A stretch of DNA of 64,000 nt from Bilabrum cf. latius (taxonomy: Eukaryota): positions 310,001 to 374,000 of the forward strand of contig OZ237757.1 in assembly GCA_965178125.1 (NCBI GenBank), read 5' to 3'. How positions within the stretch are numbered: the first letter of the stretch is position 1; every line of letters starts with the position of its first letter. A program made the position numbers and the translations under genes. This document shows positions 1 to 12,900 of this stretch, piece after piece. The notes beneath the pieces are model-generated. The model saw nothing but the letters and a program-made list of their open reading frames with translations, was not told where the DNA came from and made no database searches.

Positions 1-1
1 C

Positions 2-3000
2 GGGAGGTCCGGGTCAGATCTTGATTTGCACCCCGGGTTGGCGGCAGACGCTCCCGCGTACTGGCCCCCTCGGATGGGCGTGCTGCTGCCTGCATGGCAC
101 GGAGCTCACCTAGTCAACGTGTCATTCGCTTCATTCGGACCCCAGGCTGCGACTGCTTAGTCCTCAGGGGATGGCGGCCATGAGGATGACTATGCTGTTG
201 GCGCTTGCTCAATGTGCGAGCGGTTCACGCCCTACGGTGGCGGCTGGGAATCAAGGTGGAACCGGGTCTGGTGGTCGACTGGACGGATGGCAGAATGGGA
301 TCTGGAAACATCCAGGCCGGCGTACCCCGATGCATTTGACAACAACACCGGGAGCGAGATCTCGAGGCGCATGCTGTGGCGCTGGGAGCATGAGGGCGTG
401 ATCGCTGACTTGGACGGGACCTTCTGCCCCTTGCAGCCGGGCGATGTGGCCTACAGCCAGCTCGACTATCCTCACGCGCTACCGAGGACCATCTTGCCAT
501 ATACGCCGCTAGCCGATGTTGCCTCAGCCGATTGTGCAGTGGCTCCAGACCCCGAGTACACGCATGGTCGCGGTGGAGGAGTCGTGTGTGCGGGAACGCC
601 ATGGCGCAGGCTTGCAGCCAACAACACGATCCCCGAGAGTCTGTTCCGCCGAGACTTCACCCTCACTCCCGTAGATGGGTGGCGGCACCGCCTGTCTGCC
701 CCGGTGGATGCCGGCGCGGAAGCGGACGCCCCGTTTTCGAATGCGAGAAGGACGCATCCAGGCGGCTGGGTGGCTCTCGTTCCTGGCAATTCCACCATCC
801 TCATCGGCTTCAGGCATCCAGCATGGCCGGATCTTCACCTGCAGCAGATAGAAGTGGGCGCGGGCGAGTTCGACAACTGGCCCACCCCTGCAGCTCAGTC
901 GCCCGAGCTCGCTGCACTGTCTATGATGCTGCCCTATGAAGTGGGTCACGGCCTTGACCGCTGGACAGACGATGAAGTCTGGCTTAGGTTGGCGTTTCCT
1001 CACGCACTGGACCGTATCGAAGTCGAGTACAACCTCGTGGCTGAGGCCCCACACAATGATATCGTCGTGCAGTCTCCCACGGTCGGAATCCCTGGGCGGC
1101 ACACCATGTTCGGATCGTGGACCATGGACACGGCAGCTACCACTGCCGTCGTTCTGTTGAACGGAAATGACGCCTCCCGCCTGGAACGTGACAACCGCAT
1201 GTGCCGGCATTCGACGTACGCCCGCATCACTGCTTACAGGGCAACAAGTTGGGGCGATGGTGGTGGAGGCGGGGGCGGGGGTGGTGGAGGCGGAGGAGGC
1301 GGCAGTGGAGGTGGTGGAGGCGGCGGTGGAGGCGGCGGTGGAGGTGGTGGTGGGAGCGGAGGAGGAGGTGGCGGTGGAGGTGGCTCCTCGCCATGCCCCA
1401 CCCGATGCGAGCTTCTAGGGTACCGCGAGACATTCAAGAGGCTGTGGTCCTTCTCTTCCACGTGGACTGGCATGCCATGCATGGGATACACCGGGCTGCC
1501 CGTTACCGGACAGACCGTCGTCATCTCAGCCAACAAGCACGTGGTTCTGGATGTATCGACACCTGTTCTCCGTGCACTCGTCATCGAAGGCATTCTTGAG
1601 GTGCACGACAGGGGCGAGGGTACTGCGCCTCTCCTGCTTCAGGCCGAGCACATTATCATCCGGAAGCACGGTGCGCTGCTCGTGGGATCGCCGGCGCGGC
1701 CCTACCGCGGCAACTTTGAGATCCGCATGGTGGGCGACAGGCACAGGCCAGCGTTCCTGAACGGCTTCGACACGTTTGCGCCTAGCAAGGCCATCACTTC
1801 TAACGGAAACCTCACTTTGGTGGGCATCAGCAGGAGACCCTCGTGGACTCGGCTGCTGAGATCCGCCAAGGCTGGCGACACCGAGGTGGTGGTCATGGGC
1901 CAGGCCCAGCTCTGGCGAGCCGGCGATCGCATCGTGTTAGGGCCTACTGGTTTCAGGCACAACGAGACGGAGGAGGCCATCGTTCGCAGCGTGACCCGGC
2001 GCTCTCTCATGGTTGCGGAAGCGGGCGGTTCCAGCGTGGTCGGTTTCGGCCCGGCTGTGGCCGCGCTGGGTACGACTGGGGCCGACCGGGCCGGCAGCGG
2101 TCTCACAGCCTTTGAAACCGTGATGGAGCTGACGGCACCGCTTTCCATGGACCACGATGTGATCGATGACTCTCCTGGTCCCGCCTCTGCTTCCTCTCGC
2201 GGAGTCTTCGGGCCGGGTGATCCCTGGTCCAGTGGATCGCCAGATGTGGTCGCGTGGTCCAGCGGTGAAGACGATGCAGTACAGACTGTAGACCGGCTCC
2301 ATGCCCTTGCCGATGCCTCGGATGAGGCGTTCCCCTCCAGGCCCAAAGCCCTTGCTGGTGGATCGGAGGCCGCCCAAGCTGGAGAGAGTCCAAGAGGTGC
2401 AGAGCTGAGGGCAAGGGCGGCTGCAGACGGAGGGCACGGCTGGATGGCCGGCCACCGTCCGTTCTACGACGGCATGATCAGCGAGCATAGGTTCAGGCCA
2501 GCGGCAGAGGTGGCCGTGCTGACTCGCAACATCCGAATCGTGGGGATCGACCCCCCTGCCTCAGCGCAATTCTTCACCTCTGACGTCACTGCACAGGAGG
2601 AGTCACGGTACGGAGTCAAGGTGCAGATCAGGGACGACCAGGATGAGGTGTGCACCGGGTATCTTGACAACGGCCGCGGTGTGCTGCGCGACGTTGCCAT
2701 GGAGAAGTGCGGGCACGGGGCTGCCGCCATCGTTAACGGTGAGGGCTCCTGCCTCACCTTTGACATGGTCAAGAACCACGGCCCTGCGCCGGCACCGGCA
2801 AGTCGGCCGGCCTGGGACTGGGGCGCAATCCGGCGGTTCGCCTTTCCCCATCCGGCGCCTGCCGCACCCCTCCCGATTTCAACCACCCCTGGCGCCGCCA
2901 CCGATGAGACCTCGGACGATGATGGTTGGGGCGAGCCCGAGGCAGCCGGGCCGTTCCTGGCTCACGGCATCACCTTCCGCAGCCTCTACCATGGTGCGGT

Positions 3001-6000
3001 GGCGGTGACTTAGGAGGCCGAGGGTGTGATTGTTCGCGACGGTGTGGCACACGGCGCGGTTGCGCCCGGCATCGTCGTGCGCACGCGGTACGCAAACGTA
3101 ACTGGCATGCTCATGCTGGCCACTAGGGTGGTGGACGAGCTTACCAACGACGTGGCTCCCAGCCAGGAGCCCATGGAGACTGACGATCACCGTAAGCCGG
3201 GGGCGATCGACGTTCTGGGTGCCGGCCACAGAATTCTGGGCAACGTCGTGGCTGGCGCAGAAAGCGCTGGCTTCACGATCCAGCTGCCCGCTTGCGGCGG
3301 GTACGAAGACGTGCTGCAGAGGCCCGACCGCAATCCCACGAAAGAAGTTGAGCGTGCCCTTCGGTTCGCTTCGACTGTGGTGGCAGGCAACGAGGCCCAC
3401 TCCGTCTCGTTTGGCCTCCTGCCGGTGGAGGACACGGTGTCGCCCGTGATGCGCTGCAGCTCGATCCAGTCGTTTCTGTCCTGGCGCGCGCAGGAGTTCG
3501 GCGTCCTGGCTTGGCTGCAGGGCTCTACAGAGATGCAGGGAGTTACAGTGGCCGGGTCACGTGGCGGTATACTGGTGAACTCATACCGCCCTTCCATGTC
3601 CTCGCACGAGCTAAACACGAAATCTATTGCACTACGGCGAGGTGCCCTCATCGGGCTGCTTCGAGGCGATTCCTCTAAGAACAGCCCGCAGCTCGAGCCT
3701 GATGCAGTGCGGTACAGGTGGTCGTGGGGCGTGCTTCGGATGGAGGAGGAATGGGCGGGCCCGTGGGCAGACGTGCCGGATGCGGTGTACTACCGCAACC
3801 CCAGCTACGGGCGCGTGGGCCTGATCCTACCTTCCTTCGCGTCTGAGGCGAGGACGCCCCGCGAGGAGTGGTCCATGCCCCCGTGGCGAGTGCCCTCCGC
3901 TCCGAGCCTGGGTGGGAGGACAGTCCTGGAAGACGTGTCGATTTCGGGTTTCGTGGACCGGGAGTCGGAGCTGGTTCATGCCCGTGGTGAGGAGGACCCC
4001 TTCACTGCGGAGAGGGGCTCTAGCGACGAGTTCGGTGGTGCCATCCGCCAGTCTCCAACGCACGTCGCTGTCATGTCCAACCCGCTGTCCAAGGATGCGC
4101 AGGCCGTGCTTCACACGGCCAACATCACGTGGCACAGCGCCAGGGCCAGGGGCGGGGGACAGGCCTCCATCGGGCAGGCTGATGTAGCGGAGCAAGATGC
4201 TATTGCAAAGGAACGATCGCATCGTTTCTTCATCCACCCGAGCGACGACAAGGACATCGGTCGGCTGAAGCCGTGCGGTCGCATGGAGTGCGACGGCCAG
4301 AGGCAGGTGCTCCTGACAGACCTCGACGGGTCCTTCGTCTCTGTGCACGGTGTGACGAGCATTGCGGCCCAGTCTGCCAAGAACCCGAATGCCGTGGCGG
4401 GCGCATACAACGAGACTCTTCTGGACCTGGACGATGACGCGCTGCTGTCCAATGTGGAGGCACCGCCTGCCAGCCCGTGGATCGGCAGGCGGCTCGTCTC
4501 GGTGTTCAGCCGATCTGAGCTCAACTTCACGCAGGCGCAAGGAGCCAACTTCTGGAACTTTGTGCCGGTCACCATCAAGGTGCGAACGGTGCTCGGGGTG
4601 CACATCCCGGAGCCAGAGCTAGCCCACTCCAGAGGCATCGCCAGAATCGAAGGAAGGCCGAGCGTGGCTCAGGTCGGCGCAGCTCTGTCGGACGACGCCT
4701 CATTGCCGTCTGGCATACGGGGCCGCAGTGCCGTCGTGTCCTCTTCATCGCCGGTGGACGCTTCCGTGATGCCCGACCTCGACGGGCAAGCCGGTGCGCC
4801 GGACCCGCTGCCGACATACCTCGCCTACGCTGGCGAGGCTGCCGGCTTCGCCTCGCAGGTGGACTCATTCGACCACAGCGGGGCCGCCCCCCTCTCCGAC
4901 TCGATCGAGACCGGCCCGTGCCGCCCCGAGCACGGATGGAACGCCTGGTCCTGTGCGTCACCTCTCCGCCATCGGATGTTTGTGGCTGAATCGCTGGACG
5001 CCGACTCGGAGACCCGTCGGGTGGGTCCCCTCGCCCTGCTTTCCACAGGCTGGAGGGGGGTGCGAGCCGCGGGATACGAAGGTGAGGCCTTGGGAACCGG
5101 GAATGGCAACGACGACGGGCTTGGTGGTGGCTATTTGCAGCTGATCAATGGGCCTGGGGACTGGGGTACCTGCTTTGGGTACTCTTGCTTCACTCGCCCT
5201 TCTACTTTCATGGGCGTGGTGGCCACCCCGCAGCACTACACCATGTACTGGAGTGCCACTGGACCCAGGCGGACGAGGCTGAGGCTGCTGCACGCCGAGG
5301 ACGACGACGCAGTTGTTCTCTCAATCTGGTACGAAGAGCCCAACAAGCTGCAGGTGTCTGTCAACGGCCATGACGTGGATGACATGAACTTTGACGGAGA
5401 CAGGCACAGGTCCTTCATCGAGCCCGGGTATGAGGAGGTGCTTCCACGTACGTGGCATGCGGCCGGAACGAATGCTTACCATAGGGGCACCCGCACGCTG
5501 CACCTCGTGGTCCGTGGTGACGCCGTGGTCAAAGTGCGGACTCTTCCTATGATCCAGGTGTCCATGGTTCTTGCAATGTCGATTGAGGACTTCTTCAACG
5601 ACCAGGAGAACTTTGCCAACCGGGTTGCGTTTGTGCTGGGCATTCCCCTGAGCCAGCTCAGAGTCGTCAATGTCGTCGCTGGTTCAGTCGTCGTATCCAT
5701 TGAGCTGCTGCCGCCCGACCTGACTGGGTCGACGACTGCAGGCGGCGGCGAGGACGCCGCTGACGACGATGAGGCGGCGTGGAGCGCTTGGATCGACGAC
5801 TTCTTCGCGTCGATCAGCGAGGGACAAGGGCCCCTCGGGGGCGCCTCCAATGCTTCGGACGAGTGGATGGCTCAGCAGTACGCTGCCTTCCAGGAGCTGC
5901 AGGAGTAGCTCGAGAGGCAGGAAGCCAACGGGGACGTGAGTGCCACAGCTCGCATGCTGGCCTACCTCCAGCTGCTACAGAACCGCCTGCTCATCGCTGC

Positions 6001-8778
6001 TACCAACGGAGAATTGGAGGCCGCACTGGGAGTGGCTCTGGAACGGCTGCAGCTGGAGCCGCCCAAGGTGCCAGAGCTGGTGTCAAACGCGACTGCGAAC
6101 GGAGAGGTGGATGAGGACTTGAGCGGTGTGCTGAGCGAGAAGCTGAACGCGACCGGAGGGGAGTTACCGCCTGACGTGGCTGCGCTGGTTGGAGCGGGTG
6201 ACGAAAACGGAGGCGGTATTTTGGTGGGCACCGGCGTGGTCGACCTGGTCGCGCCAATCTAGTCGGTGAGTGTGTCTATCGACGCAGGCAGTGCCAACGC
6301 CACCTCCCTAAGCGCAAAGGTCCGTCGGCTCGAAGGTCCCTTGAACACTGTCAGGACCGCGGTGGGAGCCGGCAGGCTCTCGGGCACTGCCGCGGACCCC
6401 ATGCATGGAATCGACGTTCTTGCTCGATACGGCGTAAGCTCGGAGGTTGGTGCCACCCAAGTTGAGGATGCCGCGGAATACGCCTCCCTCGATGCCATCG
6501 GGGCTGCCAGCCACCTGCGCTGCGCGATTGCCGCCGATCCGACCTCTCTGCTAGCAGAGGGCTCAAGGCTGCGCACCGGAGGAAGCGTTGAGGTGCTGGA
6601 GTTTGCACCGTACCAGACCACCGCCGAAGTGGCGCTATCCATGTCATCCAGTCTGCGGGGCGTCCTCGGTGAACTGGCCGTGTCTAGCGGAGCGAGCCGT
6701 AGCTGCGCTGCGGTGGGAATCTAGCTCTCGTTGGTGGAGGGTAGCGAGGACCAAGCCGACCCTCAGAACCGGGAGGATGGTGGGGCGGCTCAGGAGTGGA
6801 GGGCAGCGGCCCACGGTGCGATTATCACGACTACCCTTGTGATCGAGCCTCCGCGCCGGGACCTGGCTCTTATTGGTGATGCTGTGGGTGCCGCTCAGGC
6901 GGCATGCGCTGACGGCGCATGCGCCCGCAACGCAACGCGTGAAGCGGTGCTTGCTGCAGCCGGCATCGCCGACGCATCACTGGTGCTGGATGTAGAGGAG
7001 CAGCCTGCGATGGACGCAAGCCTGCGTGCTAGTCTCCTGGCCGAGCGGGCACGCATCGAAGCCGTGGCTTCCGCTCGATCTGCGGTGGAAGCTGCCTGGG
7101 CCACTTCTTGGGTGGGCGAGGAGCCCAGCGTGGTGTGGGTTGAGCTGCCTGAAGCCGGCCTCGAGTACCTCCCCCAGCCACATTGGGCTCCTGACGCTCC
7201 AGAGCTGCCGGGCGTAGAGGGCCGTCTGGGATCAGCAGTGGTCACTGTGCGGCGGTCTGCGGCAGGCCGCCAGGCTCGCGTGGTAATCGCTGTGCTGGGT
7301 GGTGCAACGGCCGGTGACGTTCCAGCGGTGGAAGTTACCATGGTGGCTGGTGAGAGAGAGGCTCAGGTGGAGCTGGCCCCCGCAGTTGAGGCTGCCCTGG
7401 GCATCGTCACCGCTTCCGGGGCCGCTCGCGCCATGCAGGAAGCATCTGGCCTTGGACTGGCAGTGGTGGCGTGTGCCGGGTGCGTAACTCCTGCAGATGC
7501 TGGCTCGCCAGGACTGGCAGCAATGGGTCTATGCCCCGTGTGGGGCGACACAATGACAGCGGCGGCACTGGCCGCCGGCAATGCCTCCAGTGCCATCGAG
7601 CTGGCGGATGGGTCGGTCAGCAGTGACGCCCGTGCTAATGCTTTGACTGTGTTGCGTGATGCGATGGCAAGAGCTGGAGCCGTGGCAGACTGGTCCATCG
7701 ATTCGTCGACTGCATCAGAAATGCCCATGGCAGAGTGTGCTCGAGCGGCGCTTGACAACGCTGTCTTGGCTGCGGCACAGGCGGGTGCTGCGGCCAGGGT
7801 AGCGGCAGGCGACCTGGACCAGACTGCAGCAGATTCTCTTCTGGGCGCAAGCAGCCCCTCTGACTTGTTCCCTGGGTCTAGTGCAGCCGCAGCTGCGCCT
7901 GCAGCGTCGGTAGAGTGGGCCTCTGTGCCTTCCGATGCGTCGACCGTAGGGATCCAAGTGAGAGCCGTCCCGTCGACCTCTCCAACCCCAACCGCAACAG
8001 CGACCCCCACACCAAGCATTTCGTCGAGTCCCGCTGCGTCCGGCGCACCTGGGATCATCGGCCAGGAGACCGACGGCGGGGGCGATGGCAGCGATGGGTC
8101 TGGTCTCTCTGGGGCAGAGACCGGTATTTTGATCGGCGTGCTGGCCGTGGTGGCCCTGCTGGCAGTCGGTGGAGCGGCTTACTTCCTGCTGACCTAGCGA
8201 GCTCGCAGGGACATCAAGCAGACCCTGCAGGCCCGCTCTGCAATCTCCTCTGGAGGCAAACCCATGTCCGACAAGGAAGCCCGCTTGGAATCGGCGCGGA
8301 GCACCCGGTTCGTGACCTTCCATGCGGCTAATCCGCTCGCGGTGGTACGGGACCGAGCCAAATCGGGCGGAGATGAAGGCAAGACGACAACGCCCGACGG
8401 TGCCGCATCGCCAAGCGCCAGCGGCCTGACCAGCCGAGAGTCTCTTCCTCTTGGTATGCCAACCACGCAGAACCCCCTGCACGCCCTCGAAGCCGGCGAT
8501 CTCACCTATGCGGGTCTTCAGGAGGCTGCAGCAGTTTCAGGCACTAGCGGACCTCGCCGCGCCTCTGCCCAGCCTGGATGGAGGCCCAATCCACTGGCTG
8601 CCGGTGCTGGACGGGTTGGTGGCTAGGCCGGTGAGCTCTCCATTGCTCCGACCACAGCGCGCCGAGAGTCGGCAGATGGCTCTCCCTCAGGATCCACCTC
8701 CTCCCGGTCTCTGCTCGCGGGGAGGCGTCGGTCAAGCTCGCTGATCGCACGGAGCAGGCAACGGATGGCTGCTGCTCG

Positions 8779-8838
<60 letters not shown>

Positions 8839-9295
8839 ACAAGCGAGCCAGGAGATGTACGGTGCCATCGATGCGGGTAGCAGTGACGGGCATGAGACAG
8901 CCTTCGCTGCCGGCATGGTGTCCTCCACTGATGCAGGGGGGATGTCCGAGCCGATCGGTAGCCGCGGTCGCGGGACCGCTCGGCAGGGCCGGGGTCTCGC
9001 ACGGTCGAACGGGGCGTCTCTAGGCCACAGCGCTGGCAGCGGAACGCCGCAGCGCCGCTCGAGCAGCAGAGGGGACGGCCGTCGGAGGCGACGGTCTTCC
9101 ACTCGCGTGTCGGCTGCTGCCTTCGAGGAGGAGAACCCCGTGCATGGCCGATCCAGGAGCGGGCCTGGGTCAGCAGCTGCGTCCCTGGCCGTGGGTGCCG
9201 GCGTGCAGATGGGTGGCGGGGCGGTGTCCTCGGGCGTGTCTTCATCGTCCTCCAGCGGGGACTCTGGGACGGATCACACGGATGCCGCCGAGTAA
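2..9295 (+). CDS. Fibrocystin-L/PKHD1L1-like G8 and beta-helix domain single-pass membrane protein (5' truncated by the window edge; >3090 aa with TAG=Gln)
   Basis: Track ORFs starting at 212, 3026, 5936, 6266, 6731, 8264 and 8765 share one frame. They are separated only by TAG (158, 3011, 5906, 6260, 6722, 8195, 8624) and end at TAA 9293-9295. Motifs: G8 domain (VVISANKHVVLDVSTPVLRALVIEGILEV...AEHIIIRKHGALLVGS..RPY), AAEVAVLTRNIRIVG, GNEAHS, MECDGQRQVLLTDLDGSF, ESLDADSETRR, FANRVAFVLGIPLSQLRVVNV. A hydrophobic TM segment at about 8119-8194 is followed by QRARR. Confidence 0.85.
1253..1385 (+). repeat. Poly-Gly (GGN) low-complexity linker before the G8 domain
   Basis: GGT/GGA/GGC run encoding about 40 Gly interrupted by Ser. 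Confidence 0.9.
8780..8836 (+). repeat. (CAG)19 microsatellite encoding polyQ in the cytoplasmic tail
   Basis: Perfect CAG trinucleotide run, in frame with the G8-protein ORF. Confidence 0.95.
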
Positions 9296-9687
9296 TGGAT
9301 CGGGCGGTTCTTGTGGTCCTACGCGTCGTGACGGCGGGTCGCGGCGGAACGGTATTTCATGAATGTCTGAATTGCTTCGCTTTTCTGGTCTGTCGTGTCG
9401 GGATGGTTTGCTGCGCTCATGCGTAGCGCGCCTTCTGCACGCAGCTTTTTTGCTATCTACACGAATTTAGATAGATTCATATTTGACGGTACTCTCCGAT
9501 CTTATTGAGCTCTCACAATGCGTCTAACCTAAATGTGGCCCACAGCACACACCTCAGTACCACTGCACCACAGCTCCGCCGCGGCTGGGGGCATCATCAT
9601 GCCTGCGTTGCATATTGGCTCTCCCCCTCACAACTCACTTCGTGCATTTTGACTTGATCCCGCGAGGAAAGCATCGCATTCCTATAG

Positions 9688-12600
9688 ATGCTGTTCCTAG
9701 CAGTTAACTTTATAATATGTGCAGTTTCGATGCAAACCGCCAAAGTCAAGGCTGACCCGGTCAGAGAGGGCTCGACCGTACAACTCTCGAAATGTGATGT
9801 TTAGTCCAGTTTACAAGCCTGGACGATCGAGTCTGGCAAGTGAGTTCATTCAGATGTTTATGTTTCTGCATTGATTTCATCCATTTACTCCTTCATTTAG
9901 CCGGCAAGCTGTAAGACCTCCTGCGCAAAAGTATTGCAGATACCCGGACGGGCGCATTAAACTGAGGAATAGTGGGCAGACTGCGGTACTTGATATTATT
10001 CATGCTTTAAATGAGTCAACGGCCCAAGTCCGGGTTTGGCAAGAGGAATCAGAAGCCTGGATGCAGCAGTGGACCTACAGTTCGTCGACCGGAAGGATCC
10101 AGTCCTCGATGAATCAAATGTGCTTATCGGTGATCGAAGACTATGGTCTTGATGGTGCTCCTGTAGTGATGCGAGCATGCAATCTGGGTAAGGTAAATCA
10201 ATGGGAATACTCCAGGGACACTGGTCGGATCAGCAGCTAGCTCGCGAGCGGGTACTGTTTGGACGCTGGCACGGCTTACAACTGCTCCCAGTTGTCAGAT
10301 CGAGTGTATTGCAACCCAGACGCCCCTATTGAAGCCAGACTGGACGACTTGGTCCCCAGAATCAACCCTGCACAGGCGGCGCAGCTCCTGTTCGCGGGGA
10401 GCTCCTGGGGAGTCGGTCTGCTGGGAATTCCCCCCTTCACGTTCGGGGAGGCACTGCACGGCGTGCTAGCGACATGTGGCAAGCCCTTTGACGCCTCATC
10501 GACCGGTTGCCCCACGTCGTTTCCTCACGCCCTGATGCTTGGCGCGAGCTTCAACCGATCGTTGTGGAGGCAGGTCGGCATGGCCATCTCCTTCGAGGCC
10601 AGGGGCCTCGGTAACCAGGCGCAGTGGGGCGGTGGGGCTGCCTGGGCTCCCGATATCAACCTGTTCCGTGACCCTCGCTGGGGCAGGGGGCAGGAGGTGC
10701 CCGGGGAGGACCCTGTGCTCAACTCGGAGTACGCCTTCGAATACGTTACTGGGCTGTAGGGGCTTGATGACGAGGACTACATCCGGGTGGTGGCAACACC
10801 CAAGCACTTCTCCGCCTATGATCTCGAGAATTGGAACGGTACTACGCGCAGTGCGTTCAACGCGATCGTGTCGTTCGGTGAGCTGGTGGAGTATTTCTGG
10901 CCCGCGTTCCGCTCGGCGATCGAACGCGGGGGTGCAAGAAGCGTCATGTGCAGCTACAACGCAGTGACGGTGCGCAACCAGACGCACGCATCGACTGGCA
11001 TCCCATCCTGCGCTAACAGTTTCTTCAACAACGATATTATCCGTGGGGAGTGGGGCTTTGATGGCTTCATAGCATCCGAGTGAGGCACTACTCATGTACA
11101 GACACAGCGCAGCATCGTGGCATTTCTTGCATCGTGATGCCGTGGCGGACCCTTCGGAATCGATGGCTGTTTCATTTAGTGCCTTTGCTTTTCATTTGCA
11201 GCTGCGGTGCCGTTCAGAACATAATGGATCCGCACCAGTATGCGAGTTCCCTTGACGCAGCGGTAGGCGATGCAGTCAGAGGCGGGACCGACGTCAACTG
11301 CGGCTACACTTACAAGCAAAACATGCTCCACGTAAGAAACTTTGCCGACCGAAACTCAATTTCTCCCATTCCCCCCCGCCACCCCCATTTTCAAGCGTCT
11401 AAGCAGTGCCTTGGCGTACATCGCAGTCGGTTGTATCGGGAAACCTGACCGTGGCTGCAGTGCAGCAAGCAGCCCGGCGATACCTACGGCAGGTGATCCG
11501 ACTGGGTGCGATGGATCCGCCCGAGAGAAACCCCTACCTGCAGCTGGGGCCAGAAGTTGTTGACACGCCCGCCCACCGAGAGCTGGCCCTTGACGCGGCT
11601 CGGCAGGGGATTATCCTGCTCCAGAACCAGGGCGGGGTGCTGCCACTGGACGCGTCCAAGCTGTCCTCCATCGCCATGATCGGCCCGCATGCGAACGCAT
11701 CCTAGTCCATGCTCTCCAACTACCACGGTACGAACACCCTGGTCGACTCACACAGCCCGCTGCTTGCGATGCAGCGGTTGGCTCCCAGCACGATCGTGCA
11801 GTACGCCCAGGGATGCGACATCCGCTGCAACGAAACGAGCGGATTTGCAGACGCTGGGCTGCTGGCCCGAACATCGGACGCCGCCGTTGTATTTCTCGGT
11901 TTGGACTAGTCCTAGGAGGCGGAAGGCTTGGACCGCACTTCGATTGATCTGCCAGGGCAGCAGCTGGCCCTGCTTTAGACGGTCGCTCGAGCGATTGGCC
12001 CGTCCAAGCCGCTCGTGGTGGTGTTCATGCACGGCGGGGTTCTTGGTGACGCGTGGATCAAGGCCAACGTTCCGGCTATTGTGGACGCGCACTACCCCGG
12101 GGAGCTCGGAGGGGACGCCATCGCTGAGGTGCTGCTGGGGCAGACCAACCCGAGCGGGCGAGTGACCACCACCTGGTACGCGAGCGACATCACCAGCAAG
12201 CGATCCATGTTCGACATGAGCATCAAGCCGCACGATGACGTGCCCGGGCTGACGTATATGTTCTACGGGCCCGAAGACGGGGCCATTTGGGAATTCGGAG
12301 ATGGCCTGTCCTACACCACCTTCGACGTGCAGTGGGCCTCCGGGGTTGGGGCAGCACCTATGGCTGTGGCGGGGTCCGATGTGGCCAGCGGGGTGCAGGA
12401 GATGTCTTACACGGTGAATGTGACCAACACTGGCTCTGTGGCGGGGGCGTGGAGCGTGCTCGGTTTCGTGACCCCAACAGGGGGTGAGGGGCTGCGGGTG
12501 TCTGGTGCCCGCAGGGAGCTGTTCGACTTCGATCGCACGGCCGTGTTGGCCCCTGGCAAGTCGCAAGTGCTGCACCTGACCATCCCCGCCTCTGTGCTGG

Positions 12601-12737
12601 CCAGTGCAGACGAGGACGGCGAGCTGGTGGTGCGCGAAGGCTCGTACGAGGTGCAGATTGAGGGGCTGCGGGCCGGGATTGAGGTGGGCAGGGGCACGGG
12701 GGCGACTGTATTCTCCGTTACGGGAGCGGGTACATAA
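9688..12737 (+). CDS. Secreted ricin-B (CBM13-like) lectin + GH3 beta-xylosidase/alpha-arabinofuranosidase; exons 9688-9839, 9940-11079, 11202-11331, 11427-12737 (about 910 aa)
   Basis: Signal-like N-terminus MLFLAVNFIICAVS and QxW repeats (LQAWTI, MQQWTY, NQWEY, CLDAG). GH3 motifs EALHGV, TSFP, WAPDINLFRDPRWGRGQEVPGEDP, KHFSAY, VMCSYN, SDCGAV (joined across the intron), IILLQN, YPGELGGDAIA, FGDGLSYTTF. In-frame TAG at 9802, 10238, 10757, 11703, 11907, 11913, 11976; ends TAA. Confidence 0.9.
9840..9939 (+). other. Spliceosomal intron (GTGAGT...TTGCAG), 100 nt
   Basis: Removal joins the signal-peptide exon in frame with the ricin-domain exon (GGC AA|A TAC). Confidence 0.75.
11080..11201 (+). 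other. Spliceosomal intron (GTGAGG...TTGCAG), 122 nt
   Basis: Removal restores the GH3 catalytic motif S-D-C-G-A-V (TCC GA|C TGC). Confidence 0.9.
11332..11426 (+). other. Spliceosomal intron (GTAAGA...TCGCAG), 95 nt
   Basis: Removal restores the frame: NMLH|SVVSGNLTVAAVQQAARR. Confidence 0.8.
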
Positions 12738-12900
12738 ATTGCATTGGCACTAGCGTGTGTATGGGCGCCTGAGATACGTATTCCGGATGTTGACCAGTTC
12801 CAACTGCATTGCATTGTTGCGAACCCGTGGCCGCATCGATTCTCTAGGCTAGACACATCAACTGCATCACCGCCAATCCTAGTCAAAAGAAGAGTACATT

